DNA of 64,000 nt from Octopus vulgaris (GCA_951406725.2 OX597834.1:19592001-19656000); one strand, 5' to 3'. Positions 1-12,480 are shown, numbered from the stretch's first letter. Notes: generated from the letters alone by a model not told the origin. Program-made: numbers and translations.

Positions 1-148
1 CCGCCGAGGTCGACTTTGCCTTTCATCCTTTTGGGGTCGATAAATTAAGTACCAGTTACGCACTGGGGTCGATGTAATCGACTTAATACCTATGTCTGTC
101 CTTGTTTGTCCCCTCTATGTTTAGCCCCTTGTGGGTAATAAAGAAATA
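1..148 (+). mobile_element. SINE family B, 3' part (cut by window edge)
   Basis: CCGAGGTCGACTTTGCCTTTCATCCTTT...AAGTACCAGTTACGCACTGGGGTCG...AGCCCCTTGTGGGTAATAAAGAAATA; near-identical to copies at 15087 and 60953. Confidence 0.9.
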
Positions 149-224
149 GGTAGTAACCCGTTACCCACATAATTCCTGCCAGGAATAAGACTAAATTTGA
201 GCTAAGTCAAAATAATATTAAAGG

Positions 225-440
225 TTTCAAATTTTGGCACAAGGCCTGCAATTTTAGTGGGAGGTGGCTACTCAGTTACATGACCCCCAGTGATCAGTTT
301 GTACCTGCTTTATCGACCCCATTTGAAGGAATGGCAAAAGTCAACCTTGGTAGAATTTGAACTCATAATGTAAAGATAAACAAAATGCTGCTAAGCATTT
401 TGCCCAGCACTCTAATTATTTGAGCAGGTTTCTGTCTCAA
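225..440 (-). mobile_element. SINE family B variant, diverged
   Basis: Reverse complement of the family B body (GGCAAAAGTCAACCTTGG..AATTTGAACTCA..GCTAAGCATTTTGCCCAGCA); followed by (AAT)n. Confidence 0.75.
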
Positions 441-639
441 ATAATAATAATAATAATAATAATCAGAAGGAGGAAAACAGCTATAAACAATAAAAAATAA
501 AGACTGACATAAAATCACACTATATTTAATGAATGGTTATTTTATAAATGGAATAGATGCTCATTTATAAATGGATGCTATATATTTCAGCTGAATATGA
601 TTATCTGTCTGTCTGTCTATCTACCTCTGTCTCTCCCTA

Positions 640-933
<294 letters not shown>

Positions 934-1449
934 TACTTAGGACAGTATTATTGTGTGTGAAAAAAAAAATGGTTAAAAAGTAGTGAAAAAGTCAGAAACA
1001 CAAATTTGGAATAAATTCAATATCTGAAAAATAAATGGAAGGAAACACTTGAAATGTAAGGAGAAAAGAAATATCTTGTCAGCAAATTTATTAAATTTCT
1101 TTTTTTTTTTTTCAATTAAATTTTTTATTTTTTTTTTATTTTTTAATTCTTGAACCATTTTTAAAGAATGTACCAAAACTCAGTGGTGAAAATATAAGTA
1201 TAAGAATGTGGTGAGTATGTGTTTGTGTGTGTGTATAATTGAAGAAGATTCATACATACATGTACATGTGTTTGTGTGTATGTATCTATCACCCAATATA
1301 TTTAAATATATATGCGTGTGTGTGTGTGAGTGTTTGTGTGTGTATATTGACACATGCACATATGTGTGTATATATGAATGTATATATTACAAAGGGTTTA
1401 GTTAAATGTGCATGCTCTTACAAATACATTGTGTTTGTATGCACACAAG

Positions 1450-1481
<32 letters not shown>

Positions 1482-1649
1482 CATACATACAAGCATACAT
1501 ACGTATGTACATAAATGCATGCATTCATATATATATATGTATACATATTGATTTTGATCAATAACTTGCTTTTGGGAATATCAATAGACAATAGTTGTCA
1601 GCAAACATTTTATTGTATTTCATTTTATTTATTTATATATATCTATATA

Positions 1650-1739
1650 TTTATTATTATTATCATTATTATTATTATTATCATTATTATTATTATTATC
1701 ATTATTATTATTATTATTATCATTATTATTATTATTATG

Positions 1740-1770
<31 letters not shown>
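1650..1770. repeat. (ATT)n microsatellite
   Basis: Directly visible. Confidence 0.95.
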
Positions 1771-1771
<1 letters not shown>

Positions 1772-2137
1772 AACTTATTTATCCAAATACTGCTGCACTA
1801 TTTCTCACTGCATTTTAGTCACCAGACACTCTTAGGGTTTTCCTTAAAAAATATATTTTCTCTCTCTCTTGTTTCTATTTTTACCTCCACGTTCACCTTT
1901 TCCACCAGAATTGTTTCATTTCAGTTTCAAAGCTGTTGCTATTGTTGTTGTCGTCGTTGCCGTCGTCCTCGTCATCGTTGCCATTGTTGTTGTTATTGTT
2001 GTTGTTGTTGTATTTTAAAAAGTGCTTCTGTTCGACTTTATTTCGAAATCTATCAGATATAGAGTACAACTAATTCACATGATACTATAAAAGACGGCAG
2101 CTCTGCCGCAACAACGACAACCACCACCACCACCAGC

Positions 2138-2175
<38 letters not shown>

Positions 2176-2547
2176 CTAGAATAGTCAATAAAAGTTTAGA
2201 AGAAAAATAGAATAAAGATTAAATTCAATGGCGCCAACAGTGTGTGTGTGTTATAAATGATCTTGGCTTTCTTGAATCTTGTAATCTCATTATATTCTAA
2301 TTGCTTCTTATGTTCCTTTGGCTCATCAAATTACATTAAGGCACCTGTATTAAAGAAACGAAACAGAGGAGTTAATAAAAGAAACACCATCACAATATGA
2401 GAACAACGAAATTTAAAGCGAGCAGGGTGGGGGACATATAGTGCTGAAAAAGCTGTTCTCTTTTGCTAACGTCTCATACACCAGACATGATTCTTTTTGT
2501 GTTGTTGAAAGTGAGAGAAAAGAGGCACAAGAGAATATAGGAGAGGA

Positions 2548-2617
2548 ATAGATAGATAGATAGAGTGATAGATAGAGTGATAGATAGATAGACAGAGAGA
2601 TAGATAGATAGACAGAG

Positions 2618-2651
<34 letters not shown>

Positions 2652-2668
2652 ACAGAGAGAGAGAGAGA

Positions 2669-2702
<34 letters not shown>

Positions 2703-2793
2703 TAGATAGATAGAGAGAGAGAAACAAGGAGAAAGAAAAGGAGAGAGAGAGAGAGAGAAACGAGGAGAAAGAAAAGGAGAGAGAGAGAGAGAG
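2548..2793. repeat. (GATA)n/(GA)n microsatellite
   Basis: Directly visible. Confidence 0.95.
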
Positions 2794-3060
2794 ATGGGGA
2801 AGATGTAAAAAGGAAAGAGGAAAAATTATTCCTTCATATGTGCCATGAAATATTTTCTCTTTTGGAAAACTAGCTTAGCTTTTATCTCTGAGAAATTAAC
2901 AGGAATTGCTTTATTGGCAACAGACGAAATGGTAAAGAACTAGGTCTTCAGAAATGGTTGGTGCATGTACTATTCGTTACTTAATGTATTTCCAGGTAGT
3001 TTCTGATCATTCTTAATGGATTTCATCGCCATCAGCATCCACAATAGAAAAGCTAAAATA

Positions 3061-3097
<37 letters not shown>

Positions 3098-3570
3098 GTC
3101 ATTGTTATTATTTTTGCTGCTGTTGCTGTTGTTATAGCCAAGAGATTAATAACCAAATCTGCTTTGCAAATGTTAACTATAACAAAGAACTGCAGCAGGA
3201 ACAACCAGTATAAAGTAGTCGATTCAGGGTACATTTGGCTATAAATCCACAATAGAATATGTTTTATTTAAAACTACTATAAAAAAACTGGCCTTTGAAA
3301 TATGGAGAAATGAGAAAAAAATATCCCTAATTGATAAACTCTCTTCTTTATGGTTTTTCTGCACTTACTGCCTCTATTATATGTGTTTTAGCCTGTATGT
3401 TAAATATTGGTCACCTGTTGACTAAATCTTTTGAGTGATGTTATACTGATGGTTTCTAAAAAGAATGAAATGGTGTTATTAGTGATTACTGAAGACTAAA
3501 AATTTAAAAGACCTTTGTAATAATAATTTACCAAAAATATATTAGATACGTATATCTTATGTATACACTT

Positions 3571-3798
3571 TACTCTCTTTACTCTTTTACTTGTTTCAGT
3601 CATTTGACTGTGGCCATGCTGGAGCACCGCCTTTAGTCGAGCAAACAACCCCGGGACTTATTCTTTGTAAGACCAGTACTTATTCTATTGGTCTCTTTTG
3701 CCGAACCACTAAGTGACGGGGACGTAAACACACCAGCATCGGTTTTCAAGCAATGCTAGAGGGACAAACACAGACACACAGACACACAAACACACACA

Positions 3799-3840
<42 letters not shown>

Positions 3841-4005
3841 TACGACGGGCTTCTTTCAGTTTCCGTCTACCAAATCCACTCACAAGGCTTTGGTCAGCCC
3901 GAGGCGATAGCAGATGACACTTGCCCAAGATGCCACGCAGTGGCACTGAACCCAGAACCATGTGGTTGGTAAGCCAGCTACTTACCATACAGCAACTCCT
4001 GCGCC
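3571..4005 (-). mobile_element. SINE family A, full length (tRNA head, internal (TA)n/(TG)n tract, (AAAAGAGT)n tail)
   Basis: Minus strand reads GGCGCAGGAGTTGCTGTATGGTAAG..GGTTCAGTGCC (A/B-box-like head), CTTGGGCAAGTGTC core, tail GAAACAAGTAAAAGAGTAAAG; more than 12 similar copies in window. Confidence 0.92.
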
Positions 4006-4639
4006 TATTAATTTTGGCAGAATAATGCGAACACTAAAGGGTTAAATGTAAGCAGGTGTTTACACATATATTTAAAAAATTTGAAGAGGTACACCAAGGG
4101 AAGATGAAAAAGGCTAAATCGGCTTAGCAGGAACGAACTTCAAGTCTTGAAATGTACCTCTTCTAATTTATTAAAGGCACTCCAAGGCTTTTGTAATACT
4201 GTTGTATTACGATAGCATAGGCTTATGTGTACTTCTCATACTGACTTATATTTGAAAAATATAGATCCCTAGGCATTGATTTGTTGTCTCAGAGCTGATT
4301 TCATGCCCCAGTTAGTCTTAACCATTACTAAATAAATACTGATAAATAAATCAATTATAAATAACATCACTGAGTTCTAACACATGACTTAAGATATTTC
4401 CGTCCTGCTGTTCAAAGATTGAAATGAGATAAAGCAATTTGTAGAAGCTCACTGAATAAAGGACAAGCATAAATACTGCTGATGCAAACAGGAAATCTTT
4501 TGACAGGAAGTTCGTTCAAAAACAATGCTAAATTTTGTTTTCACACAGAAGAGTGATTCATTCCTATTTTTGAAACCCCAAAGAACAATATTCTTCAAAA
4601 CTATAATTATGGGATATTTAAGATTTAGCAACAAGCGCA

Positions 4640-4887
4640 GACATGTAAAAAGCACCACCTGATCGTGGCTGTTTTGCCAACCTCCTCTGGCACCTGTGTA
4701 GGTGGCACATAAAAAGCACCCACTACACTCTCGGAGTGGTTGGCGTTAAGAAGGGCATCCAGCTGTAGAAACACTGCCAGATCAGACTGGACCTGGCGCA
4801 GCCTTCTGGTTCCCCAGACCCCAGTTGCACCGTCCAACCCATGCTAGCATGGAAAACGGACGTTAAACGATGATGATCATCATCATG
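4640..4887 (+). mobile_element. RTE-like LINE 3' UTR-derived repeat with (GAT)n tail
   Basis: AAAAAGCACCCACTACACTCTCGGAGTGGTTGGCGTTAAGAAGGGCATCCAGCTGTAGAAA...GGACGTTAAACGATGATGAT; the same sequence follows RTE-like coding remnant at about 6270-6480. Confidence 0.75.
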
Positions 4888-4929
4888 ACGTTAAGAGTTA
4901 TGCATGGATGATTAATTTAATAGTAGTTT

Positions 4930-5140
4930 CAAATATTGGCACTAGGTCAGCAAGTTCAGGAGTTGAGGGCAAGTTGATTAAATCAACCCCAGTGTTCAAC
5001 TGGTACTTATTTTATGGACCCCTGAAAGAATGAAAAGCAAAGTTGACTTTGGCAGGATTTGATCTCAGAACATAAATATGGACGAAATGCCACTATGCAT
5101 TTTGCCTGGCATGCTAATGACCCAGCCAGTTTGCTGCCCA
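4930..5140 (-). mobile_element. SINE family B variant
   Basis: Similarity to other family B copies. Confidence 0.8.
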
Positions 5141-5347
5141 GGTGATTAATTTAAAAGTGAAATGAATTTTGCTTAATGAAGTTTATGATGCAAGTCTACT
5201 TGATTAATATTCTGGAGACAAAACAGACAAAGAGGTTTTAACCCAGTGTTAAATGCTAATATGTTTACCTTAACTGATTTGAGTTTCAAAATGCATCCCC
5301 ACCAAATTATCTCATATTTTCTCAAAGTTTCTGAATTCTTACGATGC

Positions 5348-5348
5348 C

Positions 5349-5389
<41 letters not shown>

Positions 5390-5560
5390 GCACAAAGTTG
5401 GGCTTCTCTTTCAGTTTCCATCTACGAAATCTTCTCACAAAACTTTGGTCAGCCCAAGTCTGTTGTGGGAAACGCTTGTCCAAGGTGCCACACACCAAGC
5501 CTGAACCTGAAACCCTCTCTTGGAAACAAACTTCTTAACCCATACTGCTTACCTGCACCT
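5348..5560 (-). mobile_element. SINE family A, 5' half, diverged
   Basis: GGCTTCTCTTTCAGTTTCCATCTAC..CTTTGGTCAGCCC..GTCCAAGGTGCCAC. Confidence 0.75.
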
Positions 5561-5849
5561 TACCTGCACCTTACCCCACTGCAATTATGATATTGCTATC
5601 AAAGCAGAATTGGGCTTGCAATTAAATTCATATTTCCTGATAGAATTTAGATCGCATTTTGATTAGAATGCTCTTTGACTATTATCATTAATTGGCAATT
5701 GATATCAAATGATTATCATTAGTGACAGCTACATTGTGAATTACTACAATGCAATTAAAATATATTAGTTAAGTTCTTGGACCAAAGAAAATGCATAAAC
5801 ATAAAAATATGGTGTCTGGCTTAAATTTACAATAAATGACAATAGGAAT

Positions 5850-6122
5850 GTTCTGTTGTGTCTGGGGAGAATCCTTCTCTTTTAGTACCTTATTATTTAA
5901 CACACTCACCGGTAAAATTTCCACTTGTTTCGTCTTTTTATTTTCCTAAAGACGCAACGAAAATTTTAGGAAAATAAAAAGACGAAATAAGTGGAAATTT
6001 TACTGGTGAGTGTGTTAAATAATAAGGTACTAAAAGAGAATGACTCTCTCCAGACACAACAGAATATGCTTCAACACACGAATTCATATAAAGAATCTTG
6101 CAACCCAAATCCAAAAACGAAA
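5850..6122 (+). mobile_element. foldback element: 100-bp inverted arms + tail, 12-bp flanking direct repeat (Penelope-like derivative, inferred)
   Basis: Arms 5851-5950 and 5965-6064 (about 5 mismatches), 14-nt loop GACGCAACGAAAAT, tail 6065-6122; GACAATAGGAAT at 5838-5849 and 6123-6134. Confidence 0.8.
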
Positions 6123-6214
6123 GACAATAGGAATAATAAAACTAAAAGACATTGATTTTCAACAATCTTGAGAAGATTATATTTATATTTATATGGAGGC
6201 AATGTGGACAATGC

Positions 6215-6847
6215 TAGTGTCGTGTAACTGTGGCTGATGCTGGTGGCATGTAAAAAGCACCATTTGAGCGTTGGGCCTCATGGAGGCAATGATAACTGAC
6301 CGAGACCTCTGGCAGTATACCATGCTTGGGTAGAAGACCCATCAAGCCAAGTGAAATCGTCGTCATGGCAGATACTAGTGTCACACAACTGGCACCTGTG
6401 ATGGTGGCATACAAAAGCACCCATTACATTCTCGGAGTGGTTGGCATCAGGAAGGGCATCTAGCTGTAGAAACCATGCCAAATCAATACGGTAGCGAGCT
6501 GGCAGAAACGTTAGCATGCCTGGCGAAATGCTTAGCGGTATTTCGTCTGTCGTTACGTTCTGAGTTCAAATTTCACTGAAGTCGACTTTGCCTTTCATCC
6601 CTTTCATGGTTGACAAATTAAGTACCAGTTACATATTGGAGTCGATGACTAGCCCCCGTGCTGGTGGCATGTAAAAAGCACCCACTACACTCTCAGAGTG
6701 ATTGGCGTTAAGAAGGGCATCCAGCTGTAGAAATCTTGCCAGATCAGATTGGAACTTGGTACAGCTTTGTGGCTTGCCAGTCTTTATGCAAACCGTCCAA
6801 CCCATGCCAGCATGGAAAGCAGACGTTAAACAATGATGATGATGATG
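6215..6847 (+). mobile_element. RTE-like LINE 3' end pieces interrupted by a family B SINE (about 6490-6647)
   Basis: GGAGGCAATGA..GACCGAGACCTCTGGCAGTAT matches the EAMT.DRDLW region at 12215-12480; duplicated 3' UTR; (GAT)n tail at about 6833-6847. Confidence 0.75.
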
Positions 6848-7859
6848 GTGATATTTTATTCATTTTATTTTTAATTTATACATTTTTATATCTTTTCTAC
6901 TCACTGGTTTTCCTCTCGGTTCTTCTTACTCAGCTGAAATAATCGAAAGATCTTATTCATGATAGCATATTACGAATGCTAACATCTGGAAATTATTTTT
7001 ACAAACACCGAAAAGAAATATAAAAGGAAGTAAAAGACGGAAAAAAATCCAACGTAATCTCAATGTCGCTGGTTGTTTGTGTTGTATTGATGAACAGTGA
7101 TGTCTGAATAGACACAAATGTTTAATTTATGCTCAAATTTCATTGGTTCAACAGTATATAAAATATCAGTCAAATGTCAAGTGTTGACTATAAAACGTTG
7201 AGTATCATGGTATTAGCATTGATCTGAAAGGTCTATATAGAACCAGAGAAGCATATTTACATGAAGAGAGCATATTGTTTATTGTTTATTATAAAATATG
7301 TCAGGTCAGTTACTGTAGCTAATTAAGGTTTGTTTATTCAATGTTAGATAGAAATAATTTGTAATGAATGAATGAGAAAAAAGATGGTAAGATTGGAAAA
7401 GGAAAACAACAGGAATAAATTAGAGATTATTTGATGTTTTTAATTGTTGTGTTGTTTTGATATTGTTCATTCTGTGGCCTATTGACATGTGGAATCAACT
7501 GCAAAAAAGAAGCAATCTTTTATGGATAACTTAACGTAAATTTGAAATTAGAGATATGTAGAATATGGGTTTTATTTCGCAAAGTGGTCAATGAAGAATT
7601 CAAGCACAGCAAGGAAGCTGTGTATATGTGTATGTGTTTGTACAAACCACACCCACATACCCACACATGCACACACATGTATATATGTATATATACACAC
7701 ACGCACACACACATATATATATGCATACACACATATATATATATGTGTGAATAGGTGTTTATATGTATATATTTATATATATATATATACATATACATAC
7801 ATGCACAAACATATATATATATACACACACACATATATATACGTATGTATGTATGTACG

Positions 7860-7893
<34 letters not shown>

Positions 7894-7955
7894 CATACAT
7901 ACATACATACATACATACATACATACATACATACATACATACATACATACATACA
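7860..7955. repeat. (TACA)n microsatellite
   Basis: Directly visible. Confidence 0.95.
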
Positions 7956-7956
7956 T

Positions 7957-8292
7957 CTGGATAAACTGTGATTTTCAGAAAGTGATATCGACCAGCTGAT
8001 TCGTACAAGTCCAATCTGTGAGGGGAACAGTAAAAATATGCAAGACTTTTCTCAAGTTCCAAATGTAAATTTGTCTGTGTTAACTGCATCCCAGAGATGG
8101 AGCTTTGTATCTTTGTTGGCAACCGGCTCCTTCCTCAGTGGAAGATTTAAAACAATTAAAAATAGAAGAAACATACAAACAAAAATAGCTTATTGTTAAT
8201 GTTGAAATTCTAATGAAGAAGCATTGGATCTAGGTTAGAAACTGACCCTTTCTCTATTGGCAAGAAATCTTGAAATAAAACTGAATAATGAC
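7957..8292 (+). mobile_element. RLE-type (R4/Dong-like) non-LTR retrotransposon C-terminal remnant + 3' UTR
   Basis: Translates LDKL*FSESDIDQLIR/(shift)QVQSVRGTVKICKTFLKFQM* (stop 8066-8068), homologous to 25897 and 26252 remnants; 8200-8292 matches the UTR at 26600-26700. Confidence 0.7.
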
Positions 8293-8299
8293 ATACATA

Positions 8300-8582
8300 C
8301 ACATGGGTTTACATTCATACAGTTCTGAGTTCAAATCCCAGACTGGGCTGTGTGTTATATTCTTGAGCAAAACACTTTATTTTCACACTGCTCCAGTTCA
8401 TTCAGCTGTAGAAATAAGTTGCAACCTTCAGTGGTGCCAAGCTGTATCAGCCTTTGCGTTTCCCTTGGACAGCATCGGTGGCATAGAATGGGGAAGCTAG
8501 CATGCATTGGTGACTTCTGGTCTTCCAACCTTGGCTGGACTTGTGTACTGGAGGAGAACTTTCTAGGTACAATCCCATGGTC
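8300..8582 (+). mobile_element. SINE family D (CORE-like central domain), 5' degraded
   Basis: GAGTTCAAATCCCAGACTGGGCTG..TTCTTGAGCAAAACACTTTATTTT..TTCTAGGTACAATCCCATGGTC; matches 46028-46345. Confidence 0.85.
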
Positions 8583-9024
8583 ATATGGGATCAAAGTGGG
8601 TCTTGTTTTAATAATTATATTCACAGTTGCTTCATATTCACCTTATATTGACAATCTGGTCGTGCTAAACTATACCTGCTTACAAACCCTTTTGAATACA
8701 ATTATATCTAACCACATAACTAATCCTGTCCCAGAACAGAAATTACCCAAGAACCTGCGAAATCCCACTGAAGCACGCCACAAAAATAACAAAGGAAAAT
8801 AATAAGGAAAACTACCAGACATTAATAACCTTTAGAGACATAATGACATAATGAAATCCTGTTTTAACACAAGGGAGTTTCCCAAACGAGTTGCTTAATG
8901 GATATCAATGTGATTTTGACATCAAAACAGGTCACTATTCCCATTGGTGTGAAACAGGCTTAGGAAAAATTTGGGAATTTACATTCCAAAAGTTTGCATC
9001 TGCATCAAATATTAACATATATAA

Positions 9025-9222
9025 GTGCAGGTATGGCTGTGTGGTAAGATGTTTGCTTCCCAATCACATGGTTCCAGGTTCAGTCCCACTGTGAGGCACC
9101 ATGGGAAAGTGTCTTCTATTATGACCTCAGGCTGACCAAAGTCTTGTGAGTGGATTTAGTAGACAGAAACTTAATGAAGCCTCTGTTGTATGTATATATA
9201 TGTGTGTGTGTGTGTGTGTGTA
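9025..9222 (+). mobile_element. SINE family A, 5' half
   Basis: TGGCTGTGTGGTAAG..GGTTCAGTCCCACTG..ends in (TG)n. Confidence 0.85.
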
Positions 9223-9331
9223 TGATTAATTAAAAAATCGGAGAAAAAAGACAACATGAAAAAACAACAATGTGAGGATGTGGTACATGCTAAGTATTAA
9301 AAGATGCTCAGGGAAGGAAAGAAAGAGTGGT

Positions 9332-9368
9332 TGTTTTACGTTTCGAGCATAGCTCTTCTTCAGAAACA
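9332..9368 (-). ncRNA. minimal type I hammerhead ribozyme motif (Penelope/retrozyme type)
   Basis: Minus strand: TGTTT-CTGAAGA-A-GAGC-TAT-GCTC-GAA-ACGT-A-AAACA; stem I 5 bp, stem II 4 bp, palindromic ACGT in place of stem III, GUA site. Confidence 0.75.
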
Positions 9369-9408
9369 GGAGGTATCCACACATGTATGTATTTATGTGT
9401 ATATATAC

Positions 9409-9449
<41 letters not shown>

Positions 9450-9450
<1 letters not shown>

Positions 9451-9821
9451 TAGCAGTATCGCCCGGCGTTGCTCAGGTTTGTAAGGGAAATAACTATAAA
9501 GCATTTTTAGAGAGTTATAGCCAAAAAATGGAAAAAAATGATGGTAAATTTTTTTGAGAGTTAAAAAAGGTAGAGTTGCGTCCCCTAGACGGTCTGTGGT
9601 TTGGGTTTCTAATTCTCGACCCCATGTCGAATTTATCGATTTTTTTCAGAACTGGGGGAACTTTTCAAAATTTTCGCTGCGTTAGTTTTGAATTATGACA
9701 TTGGGCTATGTGTGTGTCAAGTTTCATCAGAATCGGTTGAAAGCCGTGGTCAAGGTGAGGGTACGAGAAAACAGACACACAGAAACACGCACAGACAAAC
9801 TGCCGTTTATATAGAGAGAGA
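9450..9821 (-). mobile_element. non-autonomous Helitron
   Basis: Minus strand starts A|TCTCTCTCTATATAAACGGCAG and ends CCTGAGCAACGCCGGG (imperfect subterminal hairpin)-CGATACTG-CTAG|T; A/T insertion site. Confidence 0.8.
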
Positions 9822-9964
9822 TATATACACATATCCACAAATATCCATGCACACACAAATGTGCACACATATTTGTATGCACATACACATATAAGTTAAT
9901 ATACAAGCTCATAAACACATGCGCTCACACAGACACCAACAAATACACACATACACACACACAC

Positions 9965-10190
9965 TTATATAAATTTATACATTCTCACAAACACATGCAC
10001 ACACACACTCATATGCACACACAAGCAAATTCACACACATACATATATACACGCACACATATATAAATTTATACATTCTCACAAACACATGCACACACAC
10101 TCATATGCACACACAAGCAAATACACACACATACATATATACGCACATACACACATATATAAGTTTATACATTCTCACAAAGACACACAC
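9965..10190 (+). repeat. about 95-bp tandem repeat (about 2.5 units) in CA-rich tract
   Basis: ATAAATTTATACATTCTCACAAA recurs near 9968, 10062 and (variant) 10158. Confidence 0.8.
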
Positions 10191-10824
10191 ACACACACAC
10201 ACATATTCCAGGTCTACTCGGTGCATACATCCCATGGCTCGTTGAACAATGTTATGGCATTGGATAATTTGTAGCATAATGGGAGAGTGACAAAAATACG
10301 AACCAAATTATGTCACCAGCTGAACCATTGTGTGTTTGTTTTCATAGTTAATGTTGTATGTAATAAATTCTTTGAAAACTCACTAACTACTATTGATTTT
10401 CTTTATGATAACCCTGCTGTTGAATTAATATCCTGGTATAAATCTCGTTATAATTTGGAATCAAATTTAATAAAAACCACTCTCAGAAATCAGAAACAAG
10501 AACAGCAATGAGTCAAAGACCACAGCTGTTGATACAACAGTATCAGCTGGTATTTATAGCAGTCAACCTTAGAATTTTATGTCACAGAATTCGTTATTTC
10601 AGGACCTTCTCAGATCAGTGTCGACCATGCACCTCGTCATATGCAGGCTATATTTTATTCTTTATTTTTTATTTGTTTCACTTATTAGACTGTGGCCATG
10701 CTGGAGCACTGCCTTGTACACCAGCAATTTTGCATGGCTGTGTAGTAAGTAGCTTGCTTACCAACCACATAGTTCTGGGTTCATTCCCCCTGTGTGGCAC
10801 CTCAGGCAAGTGTCTTCTACTATG

Positions 10825-11075
10825 TGACCAACCAGACTATCAGATGTTGTTACACATCGTTGGTCACAATGCGCTTTGCATCGTTTTAGCTGTCAAATGA
10901 TGCCATCCCACTGGCTAGGCGGGCAGGCCAACTTTCCTCCTGAAAGGGGGACTGGAACAGCGTGAAATGAAGTGTCTTGCTGAAGAACACAACATGCCAC
11001 CCGGTCTGGGGATTGAACCCACAATCTAGCAATCGTTTGTGCAATAGCCTAATCACTAGGCCATGTGCCTTTATG
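10825..11075 (-). mobile_element. SINE related to family D (CORE-like), different 3' part
   Basis: GTGAAATGAAGTGTCTTGCTGAAGAACACAAC..CCGGTCTGGGGATTGAACCCAC..CACTAGGCCATGTGCC. Confidence 0.7.
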
Positions 11076-11134
11076 GTAGTATATTATGGTTGCTAAAGGA
11101 AATATGTTATCCCTGCTAGCAATTAATACACATA

Positions 11135-11546
11135 GGCTCAGGAGTGGCTGTGTGGTAAGTAGCTTGCTTACCAACCACCTGGTTCCGGGTTCAGTCCCAC
11201 TGCATGGCATCTTGGGCAAGTGTCTTCTACTATAGCCTCAGGCCGACCAATGCCTTGTGAGTGGATTTGGTAGATGGAAACTGAAAGAAGCCTGTTGTAT
11301 ATATGTATATATATATATACATATATGTATGTGTGTGTATATGTTTGTGTGTCTGTGTTTGTCTCCCTAGCATTGCTTGACAACCGATGCTGGTGTGTTT
11401 ACGTCCCCATCACTTAGCAGTTCGGCAAAAGGGACCGATAGAATAAGTACTAGGCTTACAAAGAATAAGTCCTGGGGTCGATTTGCTCGACTAAAGGCGG
11501 TGTTCCAGCATGGCCACAGTCAAATGACTGAAACAAGTAAAAGAGT
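11135..11546 (+). mobile_element. SINE family A, full length
   Basis: GGCTCAGGAGTGGCTGTGTGGTAAG...GAAACAAGTAAAAGAGT. Confidence 0.92.
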
Positions 11547-12034
11547 ATGTATTTATCCTAAATAATTGCAGTTTTCTAGTCTTTTAATCTTTATAATCAA
11601 ACTGTATCCTACAGAATTTAATATATGTATGAAAGAGTATGTATACATTGGATTTTATTGCATTTCAGTAGTTGATATGGCTTTGAATACCCAACAGGAG
11701 GATGTTTGTTTGTATTATTGCAATGGTGACAGTCCCGTGGTAATAATGTGTGATAATAAGAACGGAAGAGCCATAGCCTTCCTAATAAACCTTTCTGTTT
11801 TGGCACCATAAATCATTTTGAATATGCAAAAGTTTTCACAGAAGCAACAAAGCTGTGCCATTACTCCAAGATGATGGAATTCCTGGTGTCAGAAGAATTT
11901 TGAAAGATTAGAAAATGAAAAATCCCTTAGGATATATAAGTATCTCATAAATGTCACTTCATACTGCAATTTCACTGAATGCTGCTTATATATTATATCT
12001 ACATGTATACATACATATACTCTTATGTATGTAT

Positions 12035-12125
12035 GTTTGTTCAGTTTTATTCCAAGATTTCTTGTCAGTAGAAAAGAACCGGTTTCTAACCTAGATTCAA
12101 GGCTACTTCATTGGAATTTCAACAT
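12035..12125 (-). mobile_element. 3' UTR fragment of the RLE-type element
   Basis: Reverse complement of 8200-8290 and 26610-26700. Confidence 0.75.
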
Positions 12126-12214
12126 GAATAGATTATGTTTTTGGGCCTATGAGGCCCAACATGTGAAAGGAACTCAGCCATTTTGCCTCTGTGAAGCCCA
12201 ACATTCAAACATTG

Positions 12215-12480
12215 ATGGGTCCTCTTAAGCAGAGCATATTGCCAAAGGTCTCGGTCACTAGTCATTGCCTCTTTGAGGTTCAGAATTCAGAGCTCATGCT
12301 TCACCACCTCGACCCATGTCTTCCTGGGTCTACCACTTCCACAGGTTCCCTCCACAGTTAGAAACTGGCACTTCTTTACACAACTGTTCTCGTCCATATG
12401 CATCACATGACCATGCCAGTGCAGTCGTCTCTCTTGCACGTCACATCGGGTTCCTCTTATGCCTAACTTTTATCTCAAGA
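12215..12480 (-). mobile_element. RTE-clade LINE ORF C-terminal remnant
   Basis: Minus strand translates DVQERRLHWHGHVMHMDENSCVKKCQFLTVEGTCGSGRPRKTWVEVVKHEL*ILNLKEAMTSDRDLWQYALLKRT, the typical RTE RRL.W.GHV..M...G.R..GRP...W...DR..W pattern. Confidence 0.85.
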
